A DNA stretch of 64,000 bases from IMG/VR virus record IMGVR_UViG_3300048796_000029, positions 8,326 to 72,325 of that record; one strand, given 5' to 3'. Positions 55,618-64,000 of this stretch are shown piece by piece; position 1 is the first letter of the stretch, and every line of letters begins with the position of its first letter. Both the position numbers and the translations under genes were made by a program. The notes below the pieces were generated by a model. That model made no database searches, was not told where the DNA came from, and saw nothing but the letters and a program-made list of their open reading frames with translations. This DNA comes from a virus. Its lineage: Duplodnaviria; Caudoviricetes.

Positions 55618-56132
55618 GCTCCTCCGATATGCTTCATAATTCTTGCTACATGAGTTAGGAACTCTTCATATCCCTGCGCCAGCTTCATCCGGTTGCACAC
55701 GGCGCAGCACACTAAGCAGTTTTCTTTGGTATACCCAAGGCTACTATCTTTGCGGTCAAGATTATGTCCAGCACCAAACTCTTTATTGAACTCTGACCAT
55801 TTCACTTCAAAGCCGCAATAGTGACAATTGGTTATCTTAGTGAACTCCAGAAACTCTTCGTACGACAGAGTAACTTTATGTTTACTTTGTTTTCCTATGC
55901 GGTTGAATGCAGATTCGTAGGGCCTCTTGCGCTTTATTCTGGAAAGGGTCTCGCTCCTTCTGCAACCACAAGACACTGTGTTACCGGAAGATAATGCGCC
56001 TGCACATACTAGTAACTCAGTTCCGCAGTCACACCTACACTTCCATTCCCGCTTACGAAGGCGGCTCGTCCCATTGTCACAAATTGCTATAAGTTTGCCG
56101 AATCTTTGTCCGGCTAACTCTAATTTCTTCAC
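55614..56132 (-). CDS. HNH homing endonuclease
   Basis: ELAGQRFGKL..WKCRCDCG; CHYCG; LDRKDSSLGYTKENCLVCCAVCN. Confidence 0.85.
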   Translation of the reverse strand: MKKLELAGQRFGKLIAICDNGTSRLRKREWKCRCDCGTELLVCAGALSSGNTVSCGCRRSETLSRIKRKRPYESAFNRIGKQSKHKVTLSYEEFLEFTKITNCHYCGFEVKWSEFNKEFGAGHNLDRKDSSLGYTKENCLVCCAVCNRMKLAQGYEEFLTHVARIMKHIGGA

Positions 56133-56710
56133 TTATTCCTTTCTATCTCCGCTCTTTCAATTGCGCTGGCAATGGTGAACCAGTTGGTGCTGGAGTCAAA
56201 TCTGATTGCGCGGTCATCAACATAGAAATCTGCTAGAGGTTTTCCACGACTACCGTCGTCGATCTCGTCGTACGGAATCTCGTTGGCGTCCAACCAAGCG
56301 ATCATCTCTTTTACCCGTTCTCGCTCAAGGGCGGGTTGCGACGGGTTACCCCCAAAGATGTTGTAATCCCAGTGCGAAGTTCTGCAACTCCATATAAGAA
56401 TGTAAAAGCCCAGTGACCGTAGCCGCTCTACTGCGTCTTTCACTCCGGGCTTGATTTCTCCTATGCCGGGAAAAGCATGGTCACACAGGGTGCCATCGAA
56501 ATCTAAGGCAATACGGCGCACAGGCTTCGCCGGATTATTCTTACTGAGAGCGGTTTCCTCCCGTGCGTTCAGGAAGCGAACAAGCTCGTGGTCAGGAACC
56601 TTGATAGGCCGGAACCCTCCATTGATGTCCTCAACGCCGAAGATGAGAGGCGCGTCCGGGTGATTGATTCCCCGTTGCGTACTAATAGCGGTGATCTTTG
56701 CTATGTTCAA
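56129..56710 (-). CDS. HAD-family phosphatase
   Basis: ALDFDGTL, WSCR, KPLADFYVDDR. Confidence 0.75.
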   Translation of the reverse strand: MNIAKITAISTQRGINHPDAPLIFGVEDINGGFRPIKVPDHELVRFLNAREETALSKNNPAKPVRRIALDFDGTLCDHAFPGIGEIKPGVKDAVERLRSLGFYILIWSCRTSHWDYNIFGGNPSQPALERERVKEMIAWLDANEIPYDEIDDGSRGKPLADFYVDDRAIRFDSSTNWFTIASAIERAEIERNK

Positions 56711-57897
56711 ACTTCCTCCTTGTCCTCGTCGTCTTGGGCTATGAGGGGTTGATCTGACAACTCTTTCAGGTTATCCCGTGTGACCTTCCATGTGATCTTG
56801 CGGATGGTCTCGGGTGCCTTCTTGTCCAACAGCGCGAACGCTATGGGAGAGTAAACTTTGTGTGCATCGTCCTGTAGCAGGTACGCAGCGTGTTCCTTCC
56901 GGGTCTCGAATCTCATCCGTGCCGTCTGGGTGATTCCGGCAGCGATGCGGAGCGTCTCAGAGAACTGCGCTCTAAACGACGCTGCGTGGCCCCTGACGAA
57001 CGCGGCAAGCTCGGGGTGGGCGGATGATGCCCACGTTTCGATCAGTGCGTCCTGACCCTCCATAAGCGCTTCGAGGATGGCCTTTGGTGTCGCCGCGTGA
57101 GCGATCTTCTGCATGGCGAGAAAGGTCTCGTGCTTCACCTTCACTTTGAGGGGCGTCGTGCCGGGCCGAGGCCAAGACAGGACGTATCCCTCTTTGTTCG
57201 GCCTGTCCTCCGCCAGCGCGTCGCCTACGGACTTGTCGAACTTCTCGACCACCGGGATACCGTTCCCCGCCGCCCATATGCACAAGGAGTCGTAGGACAA
57301 CTCCTCGCCCGTTTCGATGTTGACCATTCCCAACAGCGCCAGATGGTCATCCAGTCGGTAGTGGACGACATGCGTCTGTACCTCTTGGCAAATCATCTCG
57401 AACACCGGAGTCCAGCCTTCAGGCCAAACAGCCAGTGAGTGATGCTTCTGGTAATAGCCGGTGGCCCAGAGAGCGTGTTCCGACTTGAACGATCCTTTGG
57501 ATGCGATCCCGGTGTACGTGTAGTAGTCCTGTATGGCGGCAGGGTCGAAGGGCGACGGGGACTTGATCTTGTACTGAAACAGAATACCAAGACTCCCGTC
57601 TAACTTCTCCAACACATCCGGCTTGGTGGTCGGCAGGTTCTCCAGCCACGTCTCCGGTCGATAGCTCGTCGCCACGTTGAAGAACTTACTAAATGGCCGG
57701 GCCACGACGTTACCGTCAATGTCTATAATCAAACCTCTACACTTCTCGGTAACCTCGTCCCACGCGTTTGAGTATACGCAAGAACGGCTATAAGTGAGGA
57801 TCACCAAAGGTAGGCTAGGATGTGCAGTAGGAGTGACTAGACCTGAGTCTATGTGCTTCATCAAAAGGTCCGTATCTAGGTAATCCGTGATCTTCAT
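56707..57897 (-). CDS. RNA ligase (T4 Rnl1-like)
   Basis: CRGLI, RPFSKFFN, EKLDGSLG, FEMI, EGYV, VKVKH. Confidence 0.85.
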   Translation of the reverse strand: MKITDYLDTDLLMKHIDSGLVTPTAHPSLPLVILTYSRSCVYSNAWDEVTEKCRGLIIDIDGNVVARPFSKFFNVATSYRPETWLENLPTTKPDVLEKLDGSLGILFQYKIKSPSPFDPAAIQDYYTYTGIASKGSFKSEHALWATGYYQKHHSLAVWPEGWTPVFEMICQEVQTHVVHYRLDDHLALLGMVNIETGEELSYDSLCIWAAGNGIPVVEKFDKSVGDALAEDRPNKEGYVLSWPRPGTTPLKVKVKHETFLAMQKIAHAATPKAILEALMEGQDALIETWASSAHPELAAFVRGHAASFRAQFSETLRIAAGITQTARMRFETRKEHAAYLLQDDAHKVYSPIAFALLDKKAPETIRKITWKVTRDNLKELSDQPLIAQDDEDKEEV

Positions 57898-58182
57898 AAC
57901 TATCTCCTGAAAGTCTTCTTGTTTTGCAACATAGTCTTACCGAGTAAACGCCACTGCTCGTATGTAAATATCTTCAGGCCCAGCTTGATGCCGCCACTGG
58001 TGACTTCGACCGCAACCTTCCAGCGCGGTGCCTTCTTGAGCTTTGTTGCCATAGTGATCCTCCTCTGGATCGTGGTTGATGATGCGTGAAAGAAACGGGT
58101 GGCAAGGTTCGTGTTCGAGCAAGCTCGTCCGGCCTACACCACTTTGTCCCGGTTGACTGTACCGTTTCCTGTATCCGGTTTA

Positions 58183-59124
58183 TTAGACCGGAATCTCTTC
58201 GTCAGTGCCGTCACTGATGTACTCAGCTTCGACGATCTGTGTTGACTCTACCACGGGTGCGCCGGGCTTGTCAACTGTCGCCTTCACTGTCGCCACAACC
58301 ACGTTGCCTGCGATAGCGTCCTCGATACCAGTCTGCGCGTCAGTGATCTCGTTGGTCGGTAGAGGGGGAGCAGCCGCAAAGCTATCGTAAGCTGCGTTGA
58401 ACTTTTCGACCTGTTCCGGTGAGCACACTTCAAACGCGCCCATATCCAAAATGTAGGTGGTCGTTTTCGTGTTATCGGCATCCTTTTTACCACGAAGTTC
58501 AAAGGAAACGTAGTAAACTTCAGGTGCCACACCTTCCGATGCGATGTCGAACAGCATCTCTGTTAGTGTACCAAGACCTCTTTCAAATGACCGACGAGAC
58601 TTACCGCGTACGTAAAGATACAGCGGTTTGTTGTGGTCATCAAGGTTCAGAAGCAGTAGCTTGTAGAAGCTCTCACAGGCCGGGTAGTCAGCCTCTGTGA
58701 TGACTTGGTTCTTGTCCTTTTTCGCACGATACTTTTCCCATGATGCTTTATCGCATGAGCTACATTTCAGCGCCTGTGGCATCTTGGAGCGACTGTCGGG
58801 GCCGGACAGTTCCTTGCGACCGTCGTCTGTTCGCTCTACCTTTGAACAGTAGCAAACGAGGTTCTCAGCAGCGAAGTTATTTCCCTTTTCACCAAGTCGG
58901 TACTGGCGCTGCTCTCGCGGTTCTACTAAGAGAACTACGCGCAGTTTATCATACTGCTTTTCAGTTTCAACCACACGCAGTTTACCTTTGATTGCGGTGT
59001 CTGATTTGGTCGTGGGCTGGTTCAAACTCAATGTCTTGGGAGTTAGCCGGAAGATACTCTTGCTGAAGTCTACTCCGGGGCGTGAGTTGTTAGTCACAGT
59101 AAGTGCAGTTGTTGTCTCGCTCAA
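58183..59124 (-). CDS. Hypothetical protein, possibly ssDNA-binding/annealing
   Basis: TTG start at 59124 behind AAGGAG; acidic C-terminal tail (EAEYISDGTDEEIPV); adjacent to a nuclease gene. Confidence 0.45.
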   Translation of the reverse strand: MSETTTALTVTNNSRPGVDFSKSIFRLTPKTLSLNQPTTKSDTAIKGKLRVVETEKQYDKLRVVLLVEPREQRQYRLGEKGNNFAAENLVCYCSKVERTDDGRKELSGPDSRSKMPQALKCSSCDKASWEKYRAKKDKNQVITEADYPACESFYKLLLLNLDDHNKPLYLYVRGKSRRSFERGLGTLTEMLFDIASEGVAPEVYYVSFELRGKKDADNTKTTTYILDMGAFEVCSPEQVEKFNAAYDSFAAAPPLPTNEITDAQTGIEDAIAGNVVVATVKATVDKPGAPVVESTQIVEAEYISDGTDEEIPV

Positions 59125-59346
59125 TGTTTCTCCTTGTTCAAGTATTTTATAGCTCTTTGAAGGTTGCTTGTGTCGTCCTTGAGCATTCCTATAGCAGTGT
59201 TGCAATTGCTACATAAAAGCCCGCGTACGCACTTACCACAGCTTCTTTCTCCGGGGCAACATTCGTGGTCGTGATCTTTTGTTGAAATCATCCAACTTCT
59301 TTGGTGTCTTGCATTTGAAGCAAGTCTTCAGTGCTACTTTTTCCAT
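59121..59346 (-). pseudogene. Internally deleted Endonuclease VII-like gene
   Basis: N-terminus MEKVALKTCFKCKTPKKLDDFNKR joined out of frame to C-terminus DHDHECCPGERSCGKCVRGLLCSNCNTAIG. Confidence 0.7.
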
Positions 59347-60538
59347 CTTCTCCTATCGTACCACAAGTGGGTACCGTTGTCAATACGTCGGTGACCTTGG
59401 CTCCTTGAACCGCCGCGAACTTGGCGAGACAGGTTTCGCACGGCCCCTCCGGGCTGCACTTAGGGAACTTCAAACCCTTGTACTTCTTTGCCTTGTTGCA
59501 TTGAACACGTTTTGCCGCCAGAAGTTGTGCTTTCTTTTCTGCTTTTTTAGCAGCCTTTTCTACAGCAATTTCTTCTTCTTTCAGTTTCTTGGCTTCCTCG
59601 CGTACACGCTTGTTCTCGGTGCGCTGTACATCTTTGCGGGCGTCGATGTCGGCCTTGATTGTCCTGATGGATCGTGTCAAGTCCAGCGCATCTAGGAAGG
59701 CTTTGAAGTCGCCGGGGAATGCTTCAGCCTCAAGATGCCATGCTTCAAACTTAGCTGTTACCTTGTCGAGGCGAATAATCCAGCGATCAGCTACCGCTTC
59801 CCCGCTTTCTTCTTCATGAGCTTGCTGGTAAGCAGCGGTCTGAAGTCGGTACTCAGGATAAAGACCGTTGGAAGTCTTCCAGTCTGATATACTAAGGCGA
59901 TCCTTGAAAGGGTGAGGGCAGCATTGCAGATCGTCGCACGAGTCCACGATGCAGAGGCCATCCAGCGTACCTGCGTAGCCATGTTTGCGAGAGTAGATTT
60001 TACGCTCTGTGCTTATCCAGCGGACATTGTGGCGCTGCATCCAGTCGAGGGCCGCGATAGCCCCGTTGCTGGCTCTTTCGTCCCTCGGCATGTTGGCTAA
60101 CAACTCCAGCTTGCGTGAGTCGTCGCCTTTCAGAACAGATTTGATGTATTGCTCAACCCAATTATGGGCTATGTGCCCAACTTCTCCAGCGTCCTCCAGT
60201 TTTTCCTTGTGTGCAGATTTGGCTTTTTGGACCTCGATCTCGAAGTCAGAAAGAAGCTGCTGGAGCACTACAACTTCTCCAGTTGGAAGCACTGATTTAG
60301 GTATATCGGCTATCAGCTTTTGTGCCATCATCTTGACAGCCCAAGGTATCAGAACCTCGGACTTGTCAACGACATGACACACAGAAGTTACGCCATCCTG
60401 CACCACCAAACCTTTCGGGGTGACCAGCAGGTAGACGTGATCTTTCACGTTGTAGCGAAGTTCGACTTCGCCATTGAAGAACGTGTACTTCTCCGTCAGG
60501 CTTCCGAAGCGACGGATGAAACCTTCAGACAGGGGCAT
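59288..60538 (-). CDS. PD-(D/E)XK exonuclease-like protein
   Basis: GVTSV, GHIAH, STE..YAGTLDG..SDWKTS..QTAAY. Confidence 0.7.
   Translation of the reverse strand: MPLSEGFIRRFGSLTEKYTFFNGEVELRYNVKDHVYLLVTPKGLVVQDGVTSVCHVVDKSEVLIPWAVKMMAQKLIADIPKSVLPTGEVVVLQQLLSDFEIEVQKAKSAHKEKLEDAGEVGHIAHNWVEQYIKSVLKGDDSRKLELLANMPRDERASNGAIAALDWMQRHNVRWISTERKIYSRKHGYAGTLDGLCIVDSCDDLQCCPHPFKDRLSISDWKTSNGLYPEYRLQTAAYQQAHEEESGEAVADRWIIRLDKVTAKFEAWHLEAEAFPGDFKAFLDALDLTRSIRTIKADIDARKDVQRTENKRVREEAKKLKEEEIAVEKAAKKAEKKAQLLAAKRVQCNKAKKYKGLKFPKCSPEGPCETCLAKFAAVQGAKVTDVLTTVPTCGTIGEDGKSSTEDLLQMQDTKEVG
59355..59383 (-). promoter_or_regulatory. Sigma70-type promoter of the decayed endonuclease gene
   Basis: TTGACA-17 nt-TACGAT, then AGGAG RBS. 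Confidence 0.6.
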
Positions 60539-60549
60539 GTTGCCTTTCT

Positions 60550-60813
60550 CTATACAGCCTTCTTGGTGCGAGGCTTGGCGGTCTCGTATGGATCGACGGT
60601 CATAGTAACGTACAGGGCGACAGCGTTGGTCATGTTGATGTAGGCGTTGTAGGCGGTCATCGCCTTCTCGCAGCCAGAGCACCCACCGACGATAGCGCCG
60701 CGACCTTGGGCAGGGTTGTATCTGACGTGCTTGGGGCACTTCAGGTTTGGTTTGCCGCGCAGAACCTTCTTGAGGTTTGCCTTCAGAGTTTCGGATAGAC
60801 GTATCTTCAGCAT
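60550..60813 (-). CDS. Zinc-binding hypothetical protein
   Basis: CPKH.RYNP..G.GAI.GGC.GC. Confidence 0.5.
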   Translation of the reverse strand: MLKIRLSETLKANLKKVLRGKPNLKCPKHVRYNPAQGRGAIVGGCSGCEKAMTAYNAYINMTNAVALYVTMTVDPYETAKPRTKKAV

Positions 60814-60826
60814 ATGGTGCCGCCTC

Positions 60827-61168
60827 CTAAGCGTCTTGTGTCTGGTGCTTGCGGTTGAAGTGGGTGATGCGACCGAGAGAGATGACCGGGCGTTCGGCTC
60901 GATTAGCGGCCACGGTGCGGGCTTGTGGGCCGAGACGGGCAAAGCGAGAAATCTTGTCTCCCGCTGCATCTCTGCCGGGGGCGAAGGTGCGCTTGCGCTG
61001 CGTGGTTCCGTTGAACTTGTCTTCGGTCTGCTTGTAGCCGCGCTGCCAGAACTCCTTGTAGGGAGTCAGGGAGTACGGGTTGTTGCCGGGCAGGATGCCC
61101 ATGCGGAATGCCTTCTCACCAGCACTGATGAAGACGGCGCGGGGTTGCTTTTTCTCGAACTCAGTCAT
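60827..61168 (-). CDS. Hypothetical protein
   Basis: AGGAG RBS; NPY...W..GY motif. Confidence 0.55.
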   Translation of the reverse strand: MTEFEKKQPRAVFISAGEKAFRMGILPGNNPYSLTPYKEFWQRGYKQTEDKFNGTTQRKRTFAPGRDAAGDKISRFARLGPQARTVAANRAERPVISLGRITHFNRKHQTQDA

Positions 61169-61189
61169 GCTTCTCCTATCGCTAAACAC

Positions 61190-61218
61190 ATTGTATCATA
61201 CTGCTTGGGCCTTGTCAA
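61190..61218 (-). promoter_or_regulatory. Sigma70-type promoter
   Basis: TTGACA-17 nt-TACAAT. Confidence 0.65.
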
Positions 61219-61357
61219 GCCCAGTGAAATTCACACCCGCCGCAGTTGCCCCCTGCTGTGCGTCGATCCTCTGCCTTGCTTACGGCTACTAACCGCTCAA
61301 ACCGTTTTCCGGTCAAGTCTTTGAATGCTGGCATCACTTCCTTTCATGTGGGATATA

Positions 61358-61885
61358 CTACGCGAAAGCCATAGCCTTCGCTACTTCTTTTGCTGCTGCT
61401 TCGTCGGTAACCCGAAGGTATGAACCTGTGCTGCTGATATTGCGATGTCCCAACCACTGCCGCACATTCTCAATGCCTGCTGTATGGATGGTGGCTAAAG
61501 CTACACCGTGCTTCAAGGCGTGCGGATGCAGCTTGTGCTTCGGTATGCCTGCCCTCCCCCCTGCCCGCTGGATCAGTTTGTAAACCCCGAAGCGGGTCAT
61601 CTCGAAAAGACGATCATTCGGGCCTAGCTTATGCGAAAGCTCTGTGAGTCTGGGAACCTCATCGAGGTCAGGGTCAGAGCTTGTCATATAGGGCTGAACC
61701 GTTCTCATGCTACCCTTCAATCGCTGTACCGTCACGAACCCATCGCGGATAGAGCGCCCCGTCATACTGATTGTTTCGCTGACCCGCAGCCCGTGGTTGA
61801 AAGTGACGACGATCATGAGCTTCTGGCGATCCTGCGTAATCTCTGCCAGTAACTTCTTTATTTCAAGCCTATCAAGGGACTGCAT
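61358..61885 (-). CDS. Minimal tyrosine recombinase (catalytic domain only)
   Basis: GLRVSE, RLK, HPHALKH, LGHRNISST..Y. Confidence 0.85.
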   Translation of the reverse strand: MQSLDRLEIKKLLAEITQDRQKLMIVVTFNHGLRVSETISMTGRSIRDGFVTVQRLKGSMRTVQPYMTSSDPDLDEVPRLTELSHKLGPNDRLFEMTRFGVYKLIQRAGGRAGIPKHKLHPHALKHGVALATIHTAGIENVRQWLGHRNISSTGSYLRVTDEAAAKEVAKAMAFA

Positions 61886-61968
61886 TACTTTTTCTCCTAT
61901 CTATATCTTTAGTTCATATGCCCCGGCAGCCATCGCTGACTGCCGGGTGGGGTGTGACGGGTTGAGGA

Positions 61969-62676
61969 CTACTGCCGGGCCAGTTCGAGCACCTGACCAA
62001 TGAAGCTGTGGGCCTTGTCAAGCTGCGACAGGGCGTCTTCACGCGAGAGGCCGGACTGTGTCGCCGCGTCTTCCAGTTCGGCCAGCGCAGCCTTGGCGCG
62101 GACGTTGAGGGAGTTGACGGGGGCCGCCTGCTCTGCCGCTTCCTGAGAGTTCGGGAAGAGACGGGCGAAGCGATCCTCGCTGATGGGGGTGGGCGTCGGA
62201 GACAGCGGGGTGCCGACGTGTTGCTGCGGGTCTTCGGGGATGTCGGACGGCGAGACCTGATTCGCGCCCTGCGTCTGCTCGTACAACTCCTCGGCCTGCT
62301 CGAACGCCTCGAAGTCGCGGACAACGACGTAGATGTCGCTGGCCTCAATCAGGCGAATGAGCGATGCAACCTGCTCTTCGTCCGGCGCTTCCACACCGTC
62401 GAAGTGGCCGCAACCCGTCTCCGACTGTTCGTACAGCCCGAGAGAATGAGCGATGGTCTTCGGTGCGAGGGAGTCCAGCGTCAGGAGCCGTGCGCCTGCG
62501 GGGATGTCGATCTCGGCCAGCGTGTTGAGGCGCTTGGCGACGACTGCGGAGAGAGTGCGCACTGTATCGGGTACGGTGCGGTTGAAGATGAGCGCCATCA
62601 TGAGTGTGGCGATTGCCCCTGTGGGCAGTTTGTCGAGCTTCTGAAGATTGCCTTGTACGTCGTTTACGTCGAGCAC
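61969..62676 (-). CDS. Hypothetical protein
   Basis: 235-aa ORF downstream of its own promoter. Confidence 0.6.
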   Translation of the reverse strand: MLDVNDVQGNLQKLDKLPTGAIATLMMALIFNRTVPDTVRTLSAVVAKRLNTLAEIDIPAGARLLTLDSLAPKTIAHSLGLYEQSETGCGHFDGVEAPDEEQVASLIRLIEASDIYVVVRDFEAFEQAEELYEQTQGANQVSPSDIPEDPQQHVGTPLSPTPTPISEDRFARLFPNSQEAAEQAAPVNSLNVRAKAALAELEDAATQSGLSREDALSQLDKAHSFIGQVLELARQ

Positions 62677-62714
62677 TGTGTTTCTCCTTGTGAGTACCTA
62701 ATACGGGTTTTTGA

Positions 62715-63011
62715 CTACTTCTGAATTGTAGCAGGGGAGGGTCTCTGTGTCAACTTCCCTTGCATGTTGAAGGCATCCGGGTTAGCGTGTCCGACATGCC
62801 ACTGAAAACAGAACTCGCACTTATAAGGCAGTAGCGGGCGCGAGGGGTTCGTGTCCTTGCCCTTCGCCAGAAGGCGATCCACCGCCTTCCACGCGTCCTG
62901 CTCGGTCGCGTACTGTCGCTTCTTTGTGCAGCCCTTGAAGATTTTGTGGGCCAGTGGTCTTGTTGGTGTTGGCACGGTGTCGCAGTGCACCCGCTTTGTT
63001 ACTGGCCGCAT
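62715..63011 (-). CDS. Small zinc-finger protein
   Basis: GCTKK..Y..EQDA...YKCEFCFQWHVGH. Confidence 0.6.
   Translation of the reverse strand: MRPVTKRVHCDTVPTPTRPLAHKIFKGCTKKRQYATEQDAWKAVDRLLAKGKDTNPSRPLLPYKCEFCFQWHVGHANPDAFNMQGKLTQRPSPATIQK
62725..62753 (-). promoter_or_regulatory. Sigma70-type promoter
   Basis: TTGACA-17 nt-TACAAT. Confidence 0.65.
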
Positions 63012-63507
63012 CGGTCTCCTCCTTCTCGGCCTTGCTGTTCATCTCCATGATCGTTGCGCGGCGCAGCCCGATCACTGAGTCGCAAATGTCCCATGCTGCT
63101 GCTGGCTTCATGCCGTAGAAGATGGACTCCCACGCTTCCGTTGCCGTCTCAGGGAACATAATGCCGTTCGCACCGTGCAGGCTGTTGGCTAGGATCACGA
63201 TGTGGCGTGTTCCCTTCAACTCGTTGGTGTAAACGTACACGCCGTAGCGCCGGGCGCTTCCATTCCACCTTTCCCCTGTGTGTGAGGTAGGAGTCCGATC
63301 AGCGCCGAACAATCCGGCAACGAGGAACTCAAGCTCCGACAGGCGAATCATAACCTGCTCGATGGTGCGCGAGTAACCTAACTTGGCTACCGGGAAAAGT
63401 GTTGGGGCAACGCAGACAACATCGTTGATGCTGCTCTCACCTACGATGATGTCCGCTGGGTCATTGGAGCGCCAGAAAAACCCTGCCTTGAGGAGTCTGG
63501 GTTTCAC
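62821..63507 (-). CDS. Hypothetical protein
   Basis: 228-aa ORF; the C-terminal ~60 aa overlap the next gene. Confidence 0.45.
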   Translation of the reverse strand: MKPRLLKAGFFWRSNDPADIIVGESSINDVVCVAPTLFPVAKLGYSRTIEQVMIRLSELEFLVAGLFGADRTPTSHTGERWNGSARRYGVYVYTNELKGTRHIVILANSLHGANGIMFPETATEAWESIFYGMKPAAAWDICDSVIGLRRATIMEMNSKAEKEETDAASNKAGALRHRANTNKTTGPQNLQGLHKEATVRDRAGRVEGGGSPSGEGQGHEPLAPATAL

Positions 63508-64000
63508 TTCGCCCCCTTTGTTGAGGGTGGGACAACCGGGGCCGGGGAGACTGCTGGTTTGACTTTGGCAGCCTTGATTGCAACCTTAGCTGCCGCTGCC
63601 AGCAGTACGATGTACGCTCCATACTCCTTGATCTGTGCTGGGGTATAGCCTTCCATCCTGCCGATGGCCCGGTATTTCTTCTGCCACTCGGTGATGTCGT
63701 GGATGTGGCACCCAATAGCGATCTGCTTGTGACTGCAAAGCGTTACCGCGTGACGGGTTCCCTGAATGTACAGTGGGGAAAACACCCAAGCGTCGCCGGA
63801 CACCCAAGCGTTGCCGGACACCTGAGCGTCGCCGAACACCTGAGCGTCGCCGGACACCCGAGCGTCGCCGTACACCTGAGCGTTGCCGTACACCCGAGCG
63901 TCGCCGGACACCCAAGCGTTGCCGTACACCCAAGCGTTGCCGTACACCTTGCCGGACACCTGAGCGTCGCCGAACACCCAAGCGTTGCCGTACACCCAAG
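63504..64000 (-). CDS. Hexapeptide-repeat (left-handed beta-helix-like) protein, 5' truncated
   Basis: Tandem GNAWVY/GDAQVS/GDARVS units. Confidence 0.75.
   Translation of the reverse strand, partial: WVYGNAWVFGDAQVSGKVYGNAWVYGNAWVSGDARVYGNAQVYGDARVSGDAQVFGDAQVSGNAWVSGDAWVFSPLYIQGTRHAVTLCSHKQIAIGCHIHDITEWQKKYRAIGRMEGYTPAQIKEYGAYIVLLAAAAKVAIKAAKVKPAVSPAPVVPPSTKGAK
63783..64000. repeat. 18-bp coding tandem repeat
   Basis: Units like CACCCAAGCGTTGCCGTA; no unique spacers. Confidence 0.85.

Noticed and set aside
63783-64000. CRISPR array
   Set aside because: Contiguous 18-bp in-frame coding units with no spacers and no cas genes.

Overview
This 64 kb window is most of a tailed dsDNA phage genome with podovirus-like organisation: no tape-measure gene and three large ejection-type proteins. 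The host cannot be assigned from sequence alone. The + strand (1-36.4 kb) runs portal, scaffold, major capsid, adaptors, tail proteins, ejection proteins, lysis-type genes and nucleotide metabolism including a class II RNR. The - strand (36.7-64 kb) carries replication, recombination and RNA-repair genes (RecA, primase-helicase, SF2 helicase, two RNA ligases, a small tyrosine recombinase) plus an M15 endolysin. The genome is heavily invaded by selfish elements: about ten free-standing HNH, EndoVII or NUMOD3 endonuclease genes (some decayed), one intein and four closely related ORF-less group I introns. Two introns sit in the portal gene (spliced join 245-420, 647-704, 940-2811; 701 aa) and two in the capsid gene. 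The standout is a third capsid interruption, a 51-nt insert (5960-6010) with three in-frame stops. It has a group I-type P1 (U.G at the 5' junction), a P10 and a terminal G, but no catalytic core. Its interior base-pairs with the next exon, placing its P1 beside the P1 of the neighbouring full intron. This suggests a core-less mini-intron spliced by a borrowed ribozyme (spliced capsid join 4834-4899, 5126-5959, 6011-6091, 6319-6369; 343 aa). The primase-helicase intein starts with Phe and carries the W-C-T triad of class 3 inteins. No tRNA, rRNA or CRISPR array was seen. All family calls come from motif recognition by eye; no database search was run.
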